From assembly GCF_018977255.1 (NCBI RefSeq), contig NW_024704742.1, forward strand, positions 91,824,001-91,888,000: 64,000 bases of DNA, given 5' to 3'. How positions within the stretch are numbered: position 1 is the first letter of the stretch; the number at the start of each line of letters is the position of its first letter. The notes beneath the pieces were generated by a model. The model did not search any database. It was not told the DNA's origin and saw only the letters and a list, made by a program, of their open reading frames with translations. The DNA comes from Callorhinchus milii. Taxonomy: Eukaryota. The position numbers and the translations under genes are program-made. Positions 27,755-40,463 of this stretch are shown here, piece by piece.

Positions 27755-28178
27755 CACATCACATTGCTCAGCTCCCCAGGCTCACCATCTCCAGTGGATA
27801 AAATTCTAGATTCTTGCCTCACTACCTAAAGCTTTCATGGCCTTGCCCTCCCCCATCTCTGCGACATCTTTCGAATCATCTGTCCCAGCCATTGCCTCCG
27901 CTCAGCAAATACTGGCCTCCTTCATGTCCCCCGCCCAATCCACCACAACATTGGTGGGCAAGCTTCCAGCCATTCTGCCCCCACTTTCTGAAACTCCAAC
28001 CTCGAGTCTCTCCACTTTGCCTCCCCGCTCTCGGCATTTAAAATCCACTTCGAAACCATCTTTTCAATTGTGTTTTGTGCTACCTCCCCTCCCATCTCGG
28101 GTTCCCAGTCAACTGCATGAAGCTCTTTGACATATTCTCCCAAAGTAAAGGGTACTATATAAATGTAAATTGTTGCTG
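27755..28178 (+). mobile_element. L2 LINE 3' fragment
   Basis: CACATCAC start, TTTAAAATCCACTTCGAAACC, tail ACTATATAAATGTAAATTGTTG. Confidence 0.7.
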
Positions 28179-30363
28179 TTCTCAAAGGTTTCAACGATAT
28201 CAGCTTTTTTCAGTGGCACTTGGGTTGGCTTGAGTATTTTGCAGTTGTTCACATGTTCTGTGATGTCACTTTACTGATACACTCCCACATTGCCTTGTCT
28301 TTGAAGTCCATCTGTCCAGCCATAATGTTGCTGTCACATTTCTCTGAAACGTCTGTCTTTAATGGATGCAGACTACTAATTAAGTTTATTTTAAAGTCTT
28401 GTATATTTGTGTCCATTGAATCCATCTGCTTGTCTTAAACATATTCCCCTTCTCAGTGTATAATTTGATGAAATCCAAGGAACTTTAACTTGCACGCAAT
28501 AATTTTATTATTGCAATAAGACCACTTCTTTCTCAAGTTAACTTATAGCGCGTTTTAAATTTGCAAAAACCTTTAATGTTTGGATTCTTTCTCATTTTGT
28601 TTCTGTATATAATCTACACATTATCATGATGTCTTTCTTATATGTTACCAGTTTTATTTCCCTTGTTAGTGCATGCTTGTTAATACATCTGGTACTATAT
28701 TAAGCTTTCCTTACGCTGTGCTGAAGTTCAAAATCAATTCTTTGTAGCAGAAATATCAGTCATTCTAAAGCCACTAGAATGGTTTATGGTTTGCAACCAC
28801 ACTGAATGCACCCCTTGCACATATGGTGGAATATTTTTTACTGCCTGTGAATGCAATGCTCTATTTCTAAGTAGCAACACTAATTGAATGCCTGACTTGC
28901 TGAGCTGTGAGGTAGAGGATGATGCTTCCTTGCCTGCTGTTATTTCTGTGGAGCATTGCTGTGCGCAAATTGGCTGCTTCATTTGCCTACAAAATACATA
29001 GTCACTACACTTTGCAGTAAATCCTGTGGAGCAATTTGTGACATCCTCTCGAAGTGAAAGGCTCACGTCAAATGCAAGGATTATTATTTTATCGTTAGTA
29101 TTATTATTATTGTTATTTTAGGAAAAGGACGTTTGAATCCAGTGTGATTGGCTCATGTTGAAAACCCAAAAAATAAGGTAATGATTGACTTTTCCTTAAC
29201 ATTTCATTGACTCGCTCTTATCTGAAGGAAACATTTGTTCTTTCAATCTAAAAGGCATTTGTAATTGATTTTCAAAATGCTGATTGAATTTGGCATTGCC
29301 ACGTCACCATGAACAAATCCACCTCAAGTTCTTGCTGTGCCGTACCCAGTATCAGGAATGTGGATACTGTCATTTTCTCAGGATCTTCTGTAACAGATTT
29401 GGGTGCAATCCAAAACAAACTCGCTTGTTCCTTTCAAGTAGGCGTCTATTTTAAAACCTATTGTGAATCTGGTGCAACTCTGAGCACTATTGTCAGTGAT
29501 ACAAAATTCCACTGAAACAAACCCAAATTTTCTTTTGACTCTGATTATCTTTTATGTTTCTTTTTCTTTATCTAGTCTTATTCCATGAGCAGCCCCGGGT
29601 TCCCCTGGAGAGTTTTCCTGCTCTAGTTTGATCAGTAACAGGGTCAGATCTGACCCTCTAATTAAAGGAGTCCTGTAGCATATTGGTTAGAGCACTCGCC
29701 TCGCAAACGAGAGGACCTGGGTTCCATTCCCGGGTTCTACGGTTCTGTGAATCTAACCTTGGCTAACTCTACCCGTAGAGTCCAATTCCCATTCCCAGAC
29801 CCCACTGGGATCGACACATGCCAAAACTCTTCCTGCTTTTAAACAGTTGTATAATAGTAACACTACACTAAAACTTCTTTCAAATTCTGACATAGTTAAA
29901 ATGACATAAATAGAGTATTTGGTGAATACTATGATATGCACAAGTTATTTCACGGCTGCAAATACACCATATTTTAATCCAGATGACAGTATCCCTTTAA
30001 ATATCTTTTCTGCTATTTAATAAAATATTTTTGTATCCAACCACAACATCCTAATTAATGCTAATCATATTCCCTTATGTGTGTCACCAGATTTTGCCCG
30101 TGACATTTTCTGTGTCAGCTGCTGTCAGCTTTTGCTCTTTTTAGCATTTTGTTTTCTTTTTATAACTAAGAGACTTTTATTGTTTTATGGATTTTATTTT
30201 GGCTGATGGGAGGGGATCTAGAATTTGTATTTCTCAACGTGATGGATGTCAGTGCGAACGTTTGAGCTGTTCTCACATTCACCACCAGAGTCCACATTAA
30301 ACATACCACTGTAAGGTGTAGGACAAGCTAGGTGAGAGTAAGGCTCTCACTCTCCACTGCCTC

Positions 30364-30695
30364 AATAATATAATAATAATAATAATAATCCTTGCATTTG
30401 ATATAGCGCTTTTTACGTCGGGAGGACGTCCCAAAGCACTTCACAGAACACACTGTAAAGTGAATTGACTGTATATTTGTAGGCGAACGCGGCAGCCAAT
30501 TGCGCACAGCGATGTCCCACAAACAGTCGTAGATTGAAAATGACCAATTTATTATTGTTTTGGGTTTTGGAGGGATTATTATTAGGCTCTGTGTGGAGTA
30601 AGGAAACTTGCCCAAGGTTTTGCCCTGCCTGGAATTGAACTCAGGTCTCTCGCTTGCAAAGTGAGTGCTCTAACCACTGAGCTACAGGACTCCAC
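30364..30695 (-). mobile_element. Family A SINE, young short subfamily
   Basis: Closely similar to 32915-33236; lacks the TGTTTACCTAGCAG segment. Confidence 0.9.
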
Positions 30696-30759
30696 GAGAA
30701 TATAGCTAAATTCTAGTGTCAGAGGCACATCTGTACCACAACAGTGTGACATTTTGAAA

Positions 30760-31010
30760 AGGGAGTTTCTCTCACAGGTAGGGAGGGAATTTCTCCCAAT
30801 GTCCTGGCCAACAATTCCTCGACAGAAAATTGGTCAATGACTTCATCCCTGTTTGTGGGACATTGTTGTGTGCAAATGAACTGCCATATTTGCCTCCAAA
30901 TTCACAGTCACTACATTTTACAGTAAATCCTATGAAGCACTTTGAGATGTCCTCCTGACACAAAAGGCACTATGTCAAATGCAAGGATTATTATATGATT
31001 ATTATTATCC
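30760..31010 (+). mobile_element. DeuSINE 3' part
   Basis: GTCCTGGCCAACAAT plus L2-like tail. Confidence 0.7.
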
Positions 31011-31189
31011 TACACCAGACATCAATGACTTTATCAATTTAGTGCATTGTAAGAACAAAAGAAATCATAGAGTGAGTAAAGCTCAACATGCACATTTAGA
31101 CTGCTCCTTTCAATGCAAGAGTATTTCCATTGGTTGGTGAGTCAGTAATGCCATCAAATAATATGCCATAAGTGGTCACACTGATAACA

Positions 31190-31490
31190 ATAACAAGGGG
31201 CCATAAATATAAGAAAGCCACTAAAAGATCTAAAAGAGAATTTAGGAGGAATTTCTTTATGCCGATAGTGGTGAGAATGTGAAACTCACTACAAGAGCCA
31301 TGGTTGAAGCAGAAAGCATCAAAGCATATAAGATGAAACTCTAAGCATATATGAGGGATAAGGAATGGGGGGAAGGCTAGGGAGGGGACTAAGATGGGTG
31401 GAGGATCGTATGGAGTATAATCGCTAGAATGGACTAGTTGGGCTGAATGGCATGTTTCTGTGCTGTACAGTCAATGTAACTCTATGTAGA
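31190..31490 (+). mobile_element. CR1 3' fragment
   Basis: ACAAGGGGCCATAAATATAAG…GGACTAGTTGGGCTGAATGGCATGTTTCTGTGCTGTA. Confidence 0.75.
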
Positions 31491-32634
31491 ATCAGCTTTT
31501 AAATTCATAGACTTTGTTCAATAGAGATCGAGATGTTTGTTTATGTTTGAAAATGGCATAATGATTTTGATTCAGTAAAATAGGAATAAATGCAGAAATG
31601 AAAGACAGATCTTTGACAAATGCAAAAAGTATTAAATGAGGAAAAGGAAATCAATGCATTACAGATATTTTTCTACATTGCAGAATTTGTTTGTTTTTAA
31701 AACATTATCATGTATCAAATTCACACTTACACTGTATCAAACTCACACTTAGGTGAATACTTCCATTCTTTGAAGGTGCTCAATTATGTTTCTGTTTTAT
31801 GCATATTCTTTGTGATCTGATCATTGTAGGAAACAGGAATTTCTGGTTTGCAAGTTAAAAATCTAAAACTTCAAAGCCCCTTTAAAGCTGGTTGAAAAAA
31901 ATCTACAGCATTCCCATCAACATGTCCCAGCCTATCCTGAAATTTCAGTGTTCCTTTCAGAAGTGAACTTACTCCTTTTGATGGATTTTGCAAGCCACTA
32001 TAGAAAGAGTAGGGCTAGTCTTTATAAGATTATTCAATGCTAGGCCAACTTTGTGAAGTAAATCTTTTGCAAACTATTTATAATTTTTCCAAGGTTCTGG
32101 TATTTTAAAAAGAAGAAAAATTGCTCCAGTCTCTGCTTAGATCAGCAGAACAAGATCTCATCTCTTTAATTAAGGCAGAGTAAAATATAGCTGTGTGCAT
32201 CCCAATCTTCTGAAAATGCCAAGAAGAAATTGTTGATGGACAGTAAATCACTGTTTAACTCACAAATAGTGTTAATGCTGTCCTCCGACAGACAGAAAGC
32301 TAGAGTACAAAATAAAATAATAATCAAGCTATATTGAAGTACTCCAGATACTTAATATACACGGCAAGCACCTTACACTCCTTTTCTGGGAGTGTAACTT
32401 GCTGTGAGTCATGCACTATCATAGGAAAACAGAAATAAAAACTGTCTTGGTGTCCTATCATTTTACAGTCAGCCTGGCTACAGTAGACTTGGATAATTCT
32501 TTCATGAAGCTGTTGCAGCCCCGGGAGTGCTTACCTGGGGATGGATTACCCAGGTCGGGTCTTTATAGATGTTAACCCTAAGAAATATATTGTTCACAGT
32601 TTTATTCATAAAAGCAACCAGTGTTGTTTACAAT

Positions 32635-32914
32635 AATAATTATAATAATCTTGCATTTGGTAAAGCATCTTATCATGTTGGAAGGATGTCTCAAAATGCT
32701 TACCAGATTTTACTGTGAAGTGGATTGACTGTGTATTTGGAGGAAAAAGCAACAGCCTTGCACACTGCAATATCCCACAAACAACCATGAAACGAGTGGC
32801 CAAAACCTTTTGGGGGATTTGGGGCCAGGACACTGGGAGAAACTCGATTCTCTTTTCAAATCCGGTCATAAGATCTTTAATATCCACCTGAATAGGCAGG
32901 TGGAACCTTGGTTT
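32635..32914 (-). mobile_element. DeuSINE-type SINE interrupted by a family A insertion (resumes 33237-33258)
   Basis: Reverse tail and Deu core, split at GGTTT|AACGTC. Confidence 0.8.
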
Positions 32915-33236
32915 GTGGAGTCCTGTAGCTCAGTGGTTAGAGCACTCGCTTTGCAAGCGAGAGACCTCAGTTCAATTCCAGGTCAGGGCGAAACCTTGGG
33001 CAAGTTTCTTTACTCCACACGCCTAACAATAATCCCTCCAAAACCAAAAACAATAATAAATTGGTCATTTTCAATCTACGACTGTTTGTGGGACATTGCT
33101 GTGCGCAATTGGCTGCCGCGTTCGCCCACAAATATACAGTCAATTCACTTTACAGTGTGTTCTGTGAAGCGCTTTGGGACGTCCTTCCAACATGAAAAGC
33201 GCTATATCAAATGCAAGGATTATTATTATTATTATT
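32915..33236 (+). mobile_element. Family A SINE, young short subfamily
   Basis: Intact A and B boxes, anticodon arm CTCGC-TTTGCAA-GCGAG, CpGs retained, (TTA)n tail. Confidence 0.92.
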
Positions 33237-34865
33237 AACGTCTTATCCAAAGGACGGATGATTTAGTTATTTGAAGGATAATTAAGATGGGTGTATCAAC
33301 TAATAAGCTTCATCCAATTAAAAACAGGAATAGCATATGTAGGACCAGAAAAGATAATTGTACCCTTCTCCAGTGTGCTTCTCTGTAAGTGATTTTAATC
33401 ATAGCAAAAGTAACACTCCATAGATTGTATTTTATGGCCTATCAGATAATGTGCAACTTATACAATATCCATCAGATCATCCTTCCTCCAGCTCACTAAA
33501 GACTCCAAAACCTATGAATATCTATCTTCGATCTGCCTGAGGGGCATTTTGCACAATTTAGATCCTAAGTTATCATTCTATTTGTAATGTTTAGAATAAA
33601 ATTAGGTAAAAATGATGATTGGGAATAATATCTGATAGAAATCCAACACGCATTTTGAAAACTGGCACAAATTGGTAAAGTCAACAGCTTTTGTTTACTT
33701 CAAATGCACCAACTGGGGTTTTTAAACCATATTCTTGCTTTCCATGCAAGAGACTGTGTCCTTGTCTGTCATTTCTTGGTATATTTATTCATTGTGTCCT
33801 TTAATCACCAATATTATTTAATATTTTTGTTGTGAAATACATCACAAGCTAAAAAAAGATAACAGCAGCAATATTGCACTCCAATAAAACCAAATTCCTG
33901 AAAGTAACGAGGGGCACCAAAGCACACAGGAAAGAAGATTGACGAGGAATATGAAATCTTATTAAGAGTTTAGATCACATTAAGCTTTTCTGCATTATTT
34001 GTGGTCACTAAACTTCTTCTTAAGAAATTAAATAGGTTTTCAACGATTTAAAATCAAGCTTTTCAAACATTTGTAACAACACATATTGTGTACTTGGTGG
34101 AAATTCTAAAGATATTCATACCGATTATTTGTAAGTCAATATTACATCTAGAAATATTACAAATGATATATTTAAATGAAAACATTAAAATTCAGGACCA
34201 TTGGCTTCAATGCCTGTAACTTATTACAACCTGAACAAATAACAAGAGTTTAATAAATACAACTATTAAACAAATACTGTGAATTACAAAATCATACAAT
34301 ATTCTATATATGTTTAGCATTCTATTTGTAATGTTCAGGATAAAATTAAGTAAAAATGATGATTGGGGATAATACCTGATACAAATCCAGGACATATTTT
34401 AAAAACTTCAGAAATCATTCAACCACCAAAGAATGCAAAGTGGGAAAATCAACAGCTGCTGTTTACTTCAAATGCGCTGACTGACTGGGATTTCTAAACC
34501 ATATTCTCGTCTCCCATGCAAGAGCCTTGTCTTGTCCTTGTTTGTCATTTTATATGCTTTAACTGTTCTAGCTATCTATTTTATTAATTGGGATTGAAGA
34601 AAATATTCATCAACTAAGTTTGCACTGGTGATATTTTGGAGGCAAGTAACATTTTAGTTATTTTCCTGTTTTACCCTTTCTCCCTTGCTAGGTTTTTCCG
34701 AACTATGTGTACTAAATATAGGCTCACAGACCCCATTCTCTCCCACACTAGACTCCCTGGGTGTACTACGCTTATCCTCGCTCGGCTCCACTGGCTCTCT
34801 AGCCCCCAGCAGATCTACTTCAAGATCCTCGTCCTTTCTGTTAAACAACTCCAAAGCTTGTCCCA

Positions 34866-35033
34866 GCCTACCTCAGTGACCTCCGACTCATCTACCTCAG
34901 TGATCTCCTACTAGTCTACCTCAGTGATCTCCTATTTGTCTGTCTCAGTGACCTCCTGGTGGCCTACCTCAGTGATCTCCTGCTTGCCTACCTCAGTGAT
35001 CTCCTGCTTGCCTACCTCAGTGATCTCCTGCTA
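34866..35033. repeat. ~24-bp minisatellite (GCCTACCTCAGTGATCTCCTGCTT) amplified from an L2 fragment
   Basis: About 7 tandem units, directly following an L2 remnant at 34730-34865. Confidence 0.85.
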
Positions 35034-35816
35034 GATTACTGCTCTCAACACATGCACAATTGGAGCTCAAAAGGTGATCCTCGAAATCACCTTAACTGTT
35101 CTGACTTTGGCTGCCAGTGCCACTGAACCAAATACAAACTGACATTTGCCATGTGGCCTTAGATTGAGTTTACTTCAGTGTAAAGTTTACACAGCGTTTA
35201 CACAGGAAAATCAGAGATTTGTAGTCTTTGTACATCAGAATCTATTATGCAAATTTGGGAGACTTGGATAATATAATAATAAAGTTTGACCAATTTCTAT
35301 TCTGATAAATTACATTAACTGCTATTTGATGTGATTTTTTTAAAATGTGATTTTCAATTTTTCTTGTGCTCATATTTTATTGTAAAGACAGAATTTACTT
35401 CCTGCATTGAAGCATTAGCCTAGACTATATGAGTTCAAAGACTTAACGGGTGATTGAACCCACAACCCTCATAACCCAGAGGCAAGAGTGCTACCACTGA
35501 GCCAGGCTGACATGAACAACTAACGTAGAAATTAGAAAGTAGATACTGTTGAGAAATTCCACTATTTTACTCAAAACTGGTAAATAATACAAATTTAAGA
35601 AATTGAATGAGTTTCACTTCATCAAATAGAGAGGAAATAGGATAACTCATAAAGATTGGATTGTGCAATGCTCAGACTTATTATGGTCCATTGCTATTTT
35701 CGTTACAGCTGTCTTAATCTTTTTATGATGAGCCATGGGAATAAATATATTTACAGGGTCACTACAAGCTAAGACTTCAACCAGTTTTAGTTTCTCTATC
35801 TAGAAATAAGTGGACT

Positions 35817-36197
35817 GTGGCGTCGAGTAGCATATTGGTTAGAACTCTTGCGTCACAAGCGAGAGGACCTGGTTCCATTCTTAGGCAGGGCGAAACGTTA
35901 CATAAGTTTTCTTACTACACTTGCCTCTGTTTACCTAGCGGTTAGTAGGAACCTGGTTGTTAGTCGATTGTTCGCTTTTCTGGGATAATAATCCATTCAA
36001 AAAACATTTTTTTTTAAAAAAAATTGGTCACTCAATTCACGACTCTCTGTGCGCAATTGGCTGCCGTGTTTCGCCCACAAAATATACAGTCAATTCATTT
36101 TACAGTATATTCTGTAAAGGACTTTGAGAAATCTCTAAGACATCATAAGATGCTATATCAAACGCACGGATTATTATTTATTATTATTTATTATTAT
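35817..36197 (+). mobile_element. Family A SINE, full length
   Basis: Head, middle and tail all present. Confidence 0.85.
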
Positions 36198-37971
36198 GTA
36201 GAAATGCTGTCAGATATTTCAGCTGTTGGTGCTGCTTGGGATATTGACTGACAGAGGCAGTGATTTATTGAATTAGTGCACTGCTGTCAAAATAATGCAA
36301 TCCATACTCTTTTCCAAACATTGATACCGTAATAGCAAATTAGTTTGTTTTCAGCTGCAATTTATTGTCACGGAAAGGGAGCTAACAAATAGAATTGGAA
36401 AAATTCCTTTCCCCCTTATGATTTCTGAAATTTGTAGCCGTGACAGTACTGTGGATGGCTGCATGAGCAGAAAGCTTTCCATTAAATTGCTAATCGCGGT
36501 CTGCTGTATCTTTTTTCTTTCAAACGATAATACATCAGAAATAAGCAACAGGTCAGTGAAACCGACCTGACAAACTGATCGCTATATAATAAATAGCTCG
36601 GCTATAGAGATAACTAAATCCTAACCGCAATCAACGAATTTCAGGAATCTCTCCAGCCTCCTCTCCAGAGATTAATGCATTCCCTAACTTTACACCAGGA
36701 ATTGGCCCCAGAATTGGCTCTTGGCATAATTTTCTTTAAAATATTGTTATTTCCATTACGCCCCCTTCTCCCTACACGCTCTGTAAAAAAAAAACTTAAT
36801 TTATTTAGAAAATATCCAGTATCAGCTGAAATTGCTTTAAGCTGTAAATTGCTAGATTTCAAACGCCGAATGAAGATGATCCACATCTATGTCTTCATGG
36901 TGGTCTCCAGAGTCTGTCTGCTTTGTTGACAGAGCCCGAATAATAAGATCCTGTTTCTAAGCTATAAATCTTTTTATGCAAAAGCGAGGGAGGGTGGGCA
37001 CACGATCGCAATGACCCTATGTTTTTCGGGGATCCTAACTCTAAATCATAAATATATTTTCTCTCTCTCTCTCTCTCCTTTTCTTTGCAACTGTTTCGTT
37101 TCCAAAAACGAAAGGTATAATTAAAAATATGCTCTCAATAAAGAGTCAACTCAGTCGTCCGGAGATGTACAGAATGTTCATAAAGTGCATGCACACGCCC
37201 GGAGTTTTATATATATACATATATATATATATGTATATATAATGCATGCAATGCTTCAAACCATGTTTTGCCTAAGTTAGCATTTACAGTATTGATACTT
37301 CACTGGACATCGGTGATTTCCATGAATTGCAGATCAGGGTTTCTGTGTCATGCGGCTCTATTATAAAGCAACTCTGTATTTGTGTTTCCCTGTCTTCTAC
37401 AATAGCAGAGGTAAATGATGTACCCCAGGGGTACCACAACTGATGTAACTGCGCCTTTACCCATCTAATCCGGGATTCGTGTTCATGGCAGAATCTCTAC
37501 AGTATATTCACCAATATCATTGTAAAGGGGATGGTGTCTTGTTGACACCATCTTTCTATTTAAAAAATAAGAGTTTCTGACGCGTGTCATCTCGCATTAT
37601 TGCAAAAGTTTGGTGTTTCCAACCAATGCAGAGTGTCTTCCTGAAGGCAGGTGAAAGTCACAATCTGCCTCATGTCACGGTCAGGGGGGATCTGCTCCCA
37701 AAGTTTGGATTTTGTTGGAAAAGGTCGAGGAAGGACGATGTGTGTGTTACGATGAGAAGCCGTGGGCTGTGGAGGCTTCATGATCCTGATGTTAAAGCGC
37801 TAAAACAGGGGACAGGATGTATGAACAGCCACAGTATTGCATTGCATAGGCGCGTTTTATTTGCTGGAGAGTTAGTGAGTTTGATAATCCCAGTCCTTCC
37901 ATCTGGCATTTCCCTCCTGGTGATACAGGCACAGGGGTATATTGCAAAGCGGATCACGGTGAGTGTCAGGA

Positions 37972-38305
37972 AGAGAGGGGGTATAAACCCTCTCTGGAGA
38001 GAGGGGGTATAAACCCTCTCTGGAGAGAGGGGGTATAAAGCCTCTCTGGAGAGAGGGGGTATAAACCCTCTCTGGAGAGAGGGGGTATAAACCCTCTCTG
38101 GAGAGAGGGGGTATAAAGCCTCTCTGGAGAGAGGGGGTATAAACCCTCTCTGGAGAGAGGGGTATAAACCCTCTCTGGAGAGAGGGGGTATAAACCCTCT
38201 CTGGAGAGAGGGGGTATAAACCCTCTCTGGAGAGAGGGGGTATAAACCCTCTCTGGAGAGAGGGGGTATAAACCCTCTCTGGAGAGAGGGGGTATAAACC
38301 TTCTC
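37972..38305. repeat. 26-bp minisatellite GAGAGGGGGTATAAACCCTCTCTGGA, 13 copies
   Basis: 13 TATAAA cores counted from 37982 to 38293. Confidence 0.97.
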
Positions 38306-38840
38306 TCCTGACACTCACCGCTGAGTAAAAAGAACACGAAAGCCTATCCTGAGAAGACCATCCATTTGAGCACCGACCCAGTGTTGACCGCAGAGACAGC
38401 GTTGGAGAGACGCACCTTTCACAGGCGCTTATTTAACGTGTCCATCGCCGGGAAAGGGGGCAGATCGTTTGTTTAAAATAAGCGATGCATTTCACTTATT
38501 TAAGTTGCTTTTGAACGCGCACAGAAGATAATATGAAATGTGAATTCGGTTAAAGACATGGATGCGGTTTGATTCCCACCGTCTGCTCTATTTGATCCGA
38601 TTGAAGTGTTCATCGCACTGTAAGTGTATGATGACGGTCGGCGCCTGATAGACACATTACATGAGAAGATAATATCTCTTAATATCTGTTACCTGAATAC
38701 AAAAATGAAAAGGCAAACTAAGTGTCCGCCCAATGCCCACCCCATTCACTCAAGGAATAATTCATACATCTCTGCAATTTCTCCCTCGTCCCTCGCGAAT
38801 GATGGATAACATGCTATCATTTCGCAGTGGGATGGGATTG

Positions 38841-38841
38841 C

Positions 38842-38873
<32 letters not shown>
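38841..38873. repeat. (CAA)11 microsatellite
   Basis: Direct reading. Confidence 0.95.
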
Positions 38874-39374
38874 GATTCCATTTATTCCTGCATTTATATT
38901 GCAGGTCCACGCACACGAAAGACGCGATTTATTCGATTTGCACAAAGAAATGTAGAATTTTTTTAAAAAAAAAAACAAAAAAAAACGAGTGTGCAACATC
39001 GTGGGGGGGGAAAAAAAACCACGTGCATTCATAGCTGCAGAGCGGTGAGCAACACAACACCAACCAACATAAAAGTTACATTAATATCCCACTTTGAACT
39101 GCCGACAGTGGGAAACATTTTGCACAGTATAAACCCGGGTTAGCCAGGGGACAAACTCAACCGTGCTCAAGCAGTCTGACTCTGTGGTGCTAAAATACTA
39201 GTGCATCTGGAAAAATTGATCCGGTGTAATAAGTGGCATTATAACACCAGCTTCACCAGAGAATGGGGAAAATGTTGGGAAGAAGTGAAGAGAGGAATTT
39301 AAGAGGACATTTAACATCAAGAGCTTTTAAGGCGACGCCTCTGGGACTGAAAAGGCGCTGTATCAAATGCGGGG

Positions 39375-39418
<44 letters not shown>

Positions 39419-39941
39419 CCTTGCATTTGATGGAGAGTCTCGTCGTGTCGTTGAGACGTCTCAGAGCGCTTCACGGGCTATAGTGCGAAGTGTTTTGTGG
39501 GGTTTGCGTGTCTGTGGGTGAGACTGGACTGAAGATTGGGGGTTAATGAGGAGAGTGGTCAGTCGGTGTGTGTGTGTGTGTAGTGCGGGCGTGGGCGGTG
39601 GACTCACTGCGGGAGGGCTGCGGGAGACCCCCGAGTGGCCTCTGATCCCCTGTGACTCCCGGTGTTTGATGCCTTGGGGTTTGGTCAGATCCCGGAGCAC
39701 AGTCGCACCGGAGATCCTCACAAGTCACGGAAAGGCGGATTCCTTGATAGTAAATGTCCGGCTCAGAAAATAAGAAACCCACATAAAGTGGGAAGAGGGA
39801 GAGAGGGAAAGGGGATAAGAGGGGGGAAGGACATGACTGGTGACAGTGACCCGGAGACCTGTTTGCACACTATATGGGGCAGAGCAGAGCGGCCACACTC
39901 GGCTTTGCAGAGACTGCCCCTCGCAGCCTGATGTGAGCTGA

Positions 39942-40463
39942 GCCATGCCGTGCCGAGCCGTGCCGGGCCGTGCCGAGCCGTGTCGTGCCGGGCCATGCCA
40001 TGCCATGCCATGCCATGCCGTGCCGTGCCGGGCCGTGCCCGGCCATGCCGTGCCGTGCCGGGCCATGCCGTGCCATGCCGTGCCGTGCCGGGCCATGCCG
40101 TGCCGTGCCGTGCCGTGCCGGGCCGAGCCGTGCCGTGCCGTGCCGTGCCATGCCCGGCCGTGCCGTGCCAATCCGTGCTGTGCCGTGTCGTGCCGTGCTG
40201 TGCCCGGCCGTGCCGTGCCGGGCCGGGCCGTGCCGTGCCGTGCCGTGCCGAGCCGTGCCGGGCCGTGCCGTGCCGTGCCGTGCCGGGCCGAGCCGTGCCG
40301 TGCCGTGCCGTGCCGTGCCGGGCCGTGCCGTGCCGTGCCGTGCCGGGCCGTGCCGTGCCGTGCCGTGCCGTGCCGGGCCGTGCCGTGCCGTGCCGTGCCG
40401 GGCCGTGCCGTGCCGTGCCGTGCCGGGCCGTGCCGTGCCGTGCCGGGCCGGGCCGGGCCGTGC
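39942..40463. repeat. Pentamer satellite (GCCGT with GCCGG, GCCAT and GCCGA variants)
   Basis: Direct reading. Confidence 0.97.

Noticed and set aside
32915..32990. tRNA-Ala(TGC) gene (also at 1761, 30620 and others)
   Set aside because: The cloverleaf-like head continues straight into the SINE body, with an imperfect T and acceptor stem and no oligo-T terminator
37972..38305. CRISPR-like array of palindromic 26-bp repeats
   Set aside because: No spacers, no cas genes and a vertebrate context; it is a tandem minisatellite
38733..38966. Poly-Q ORF
   Set aside because: Translation of a (CAA)n microsatellite
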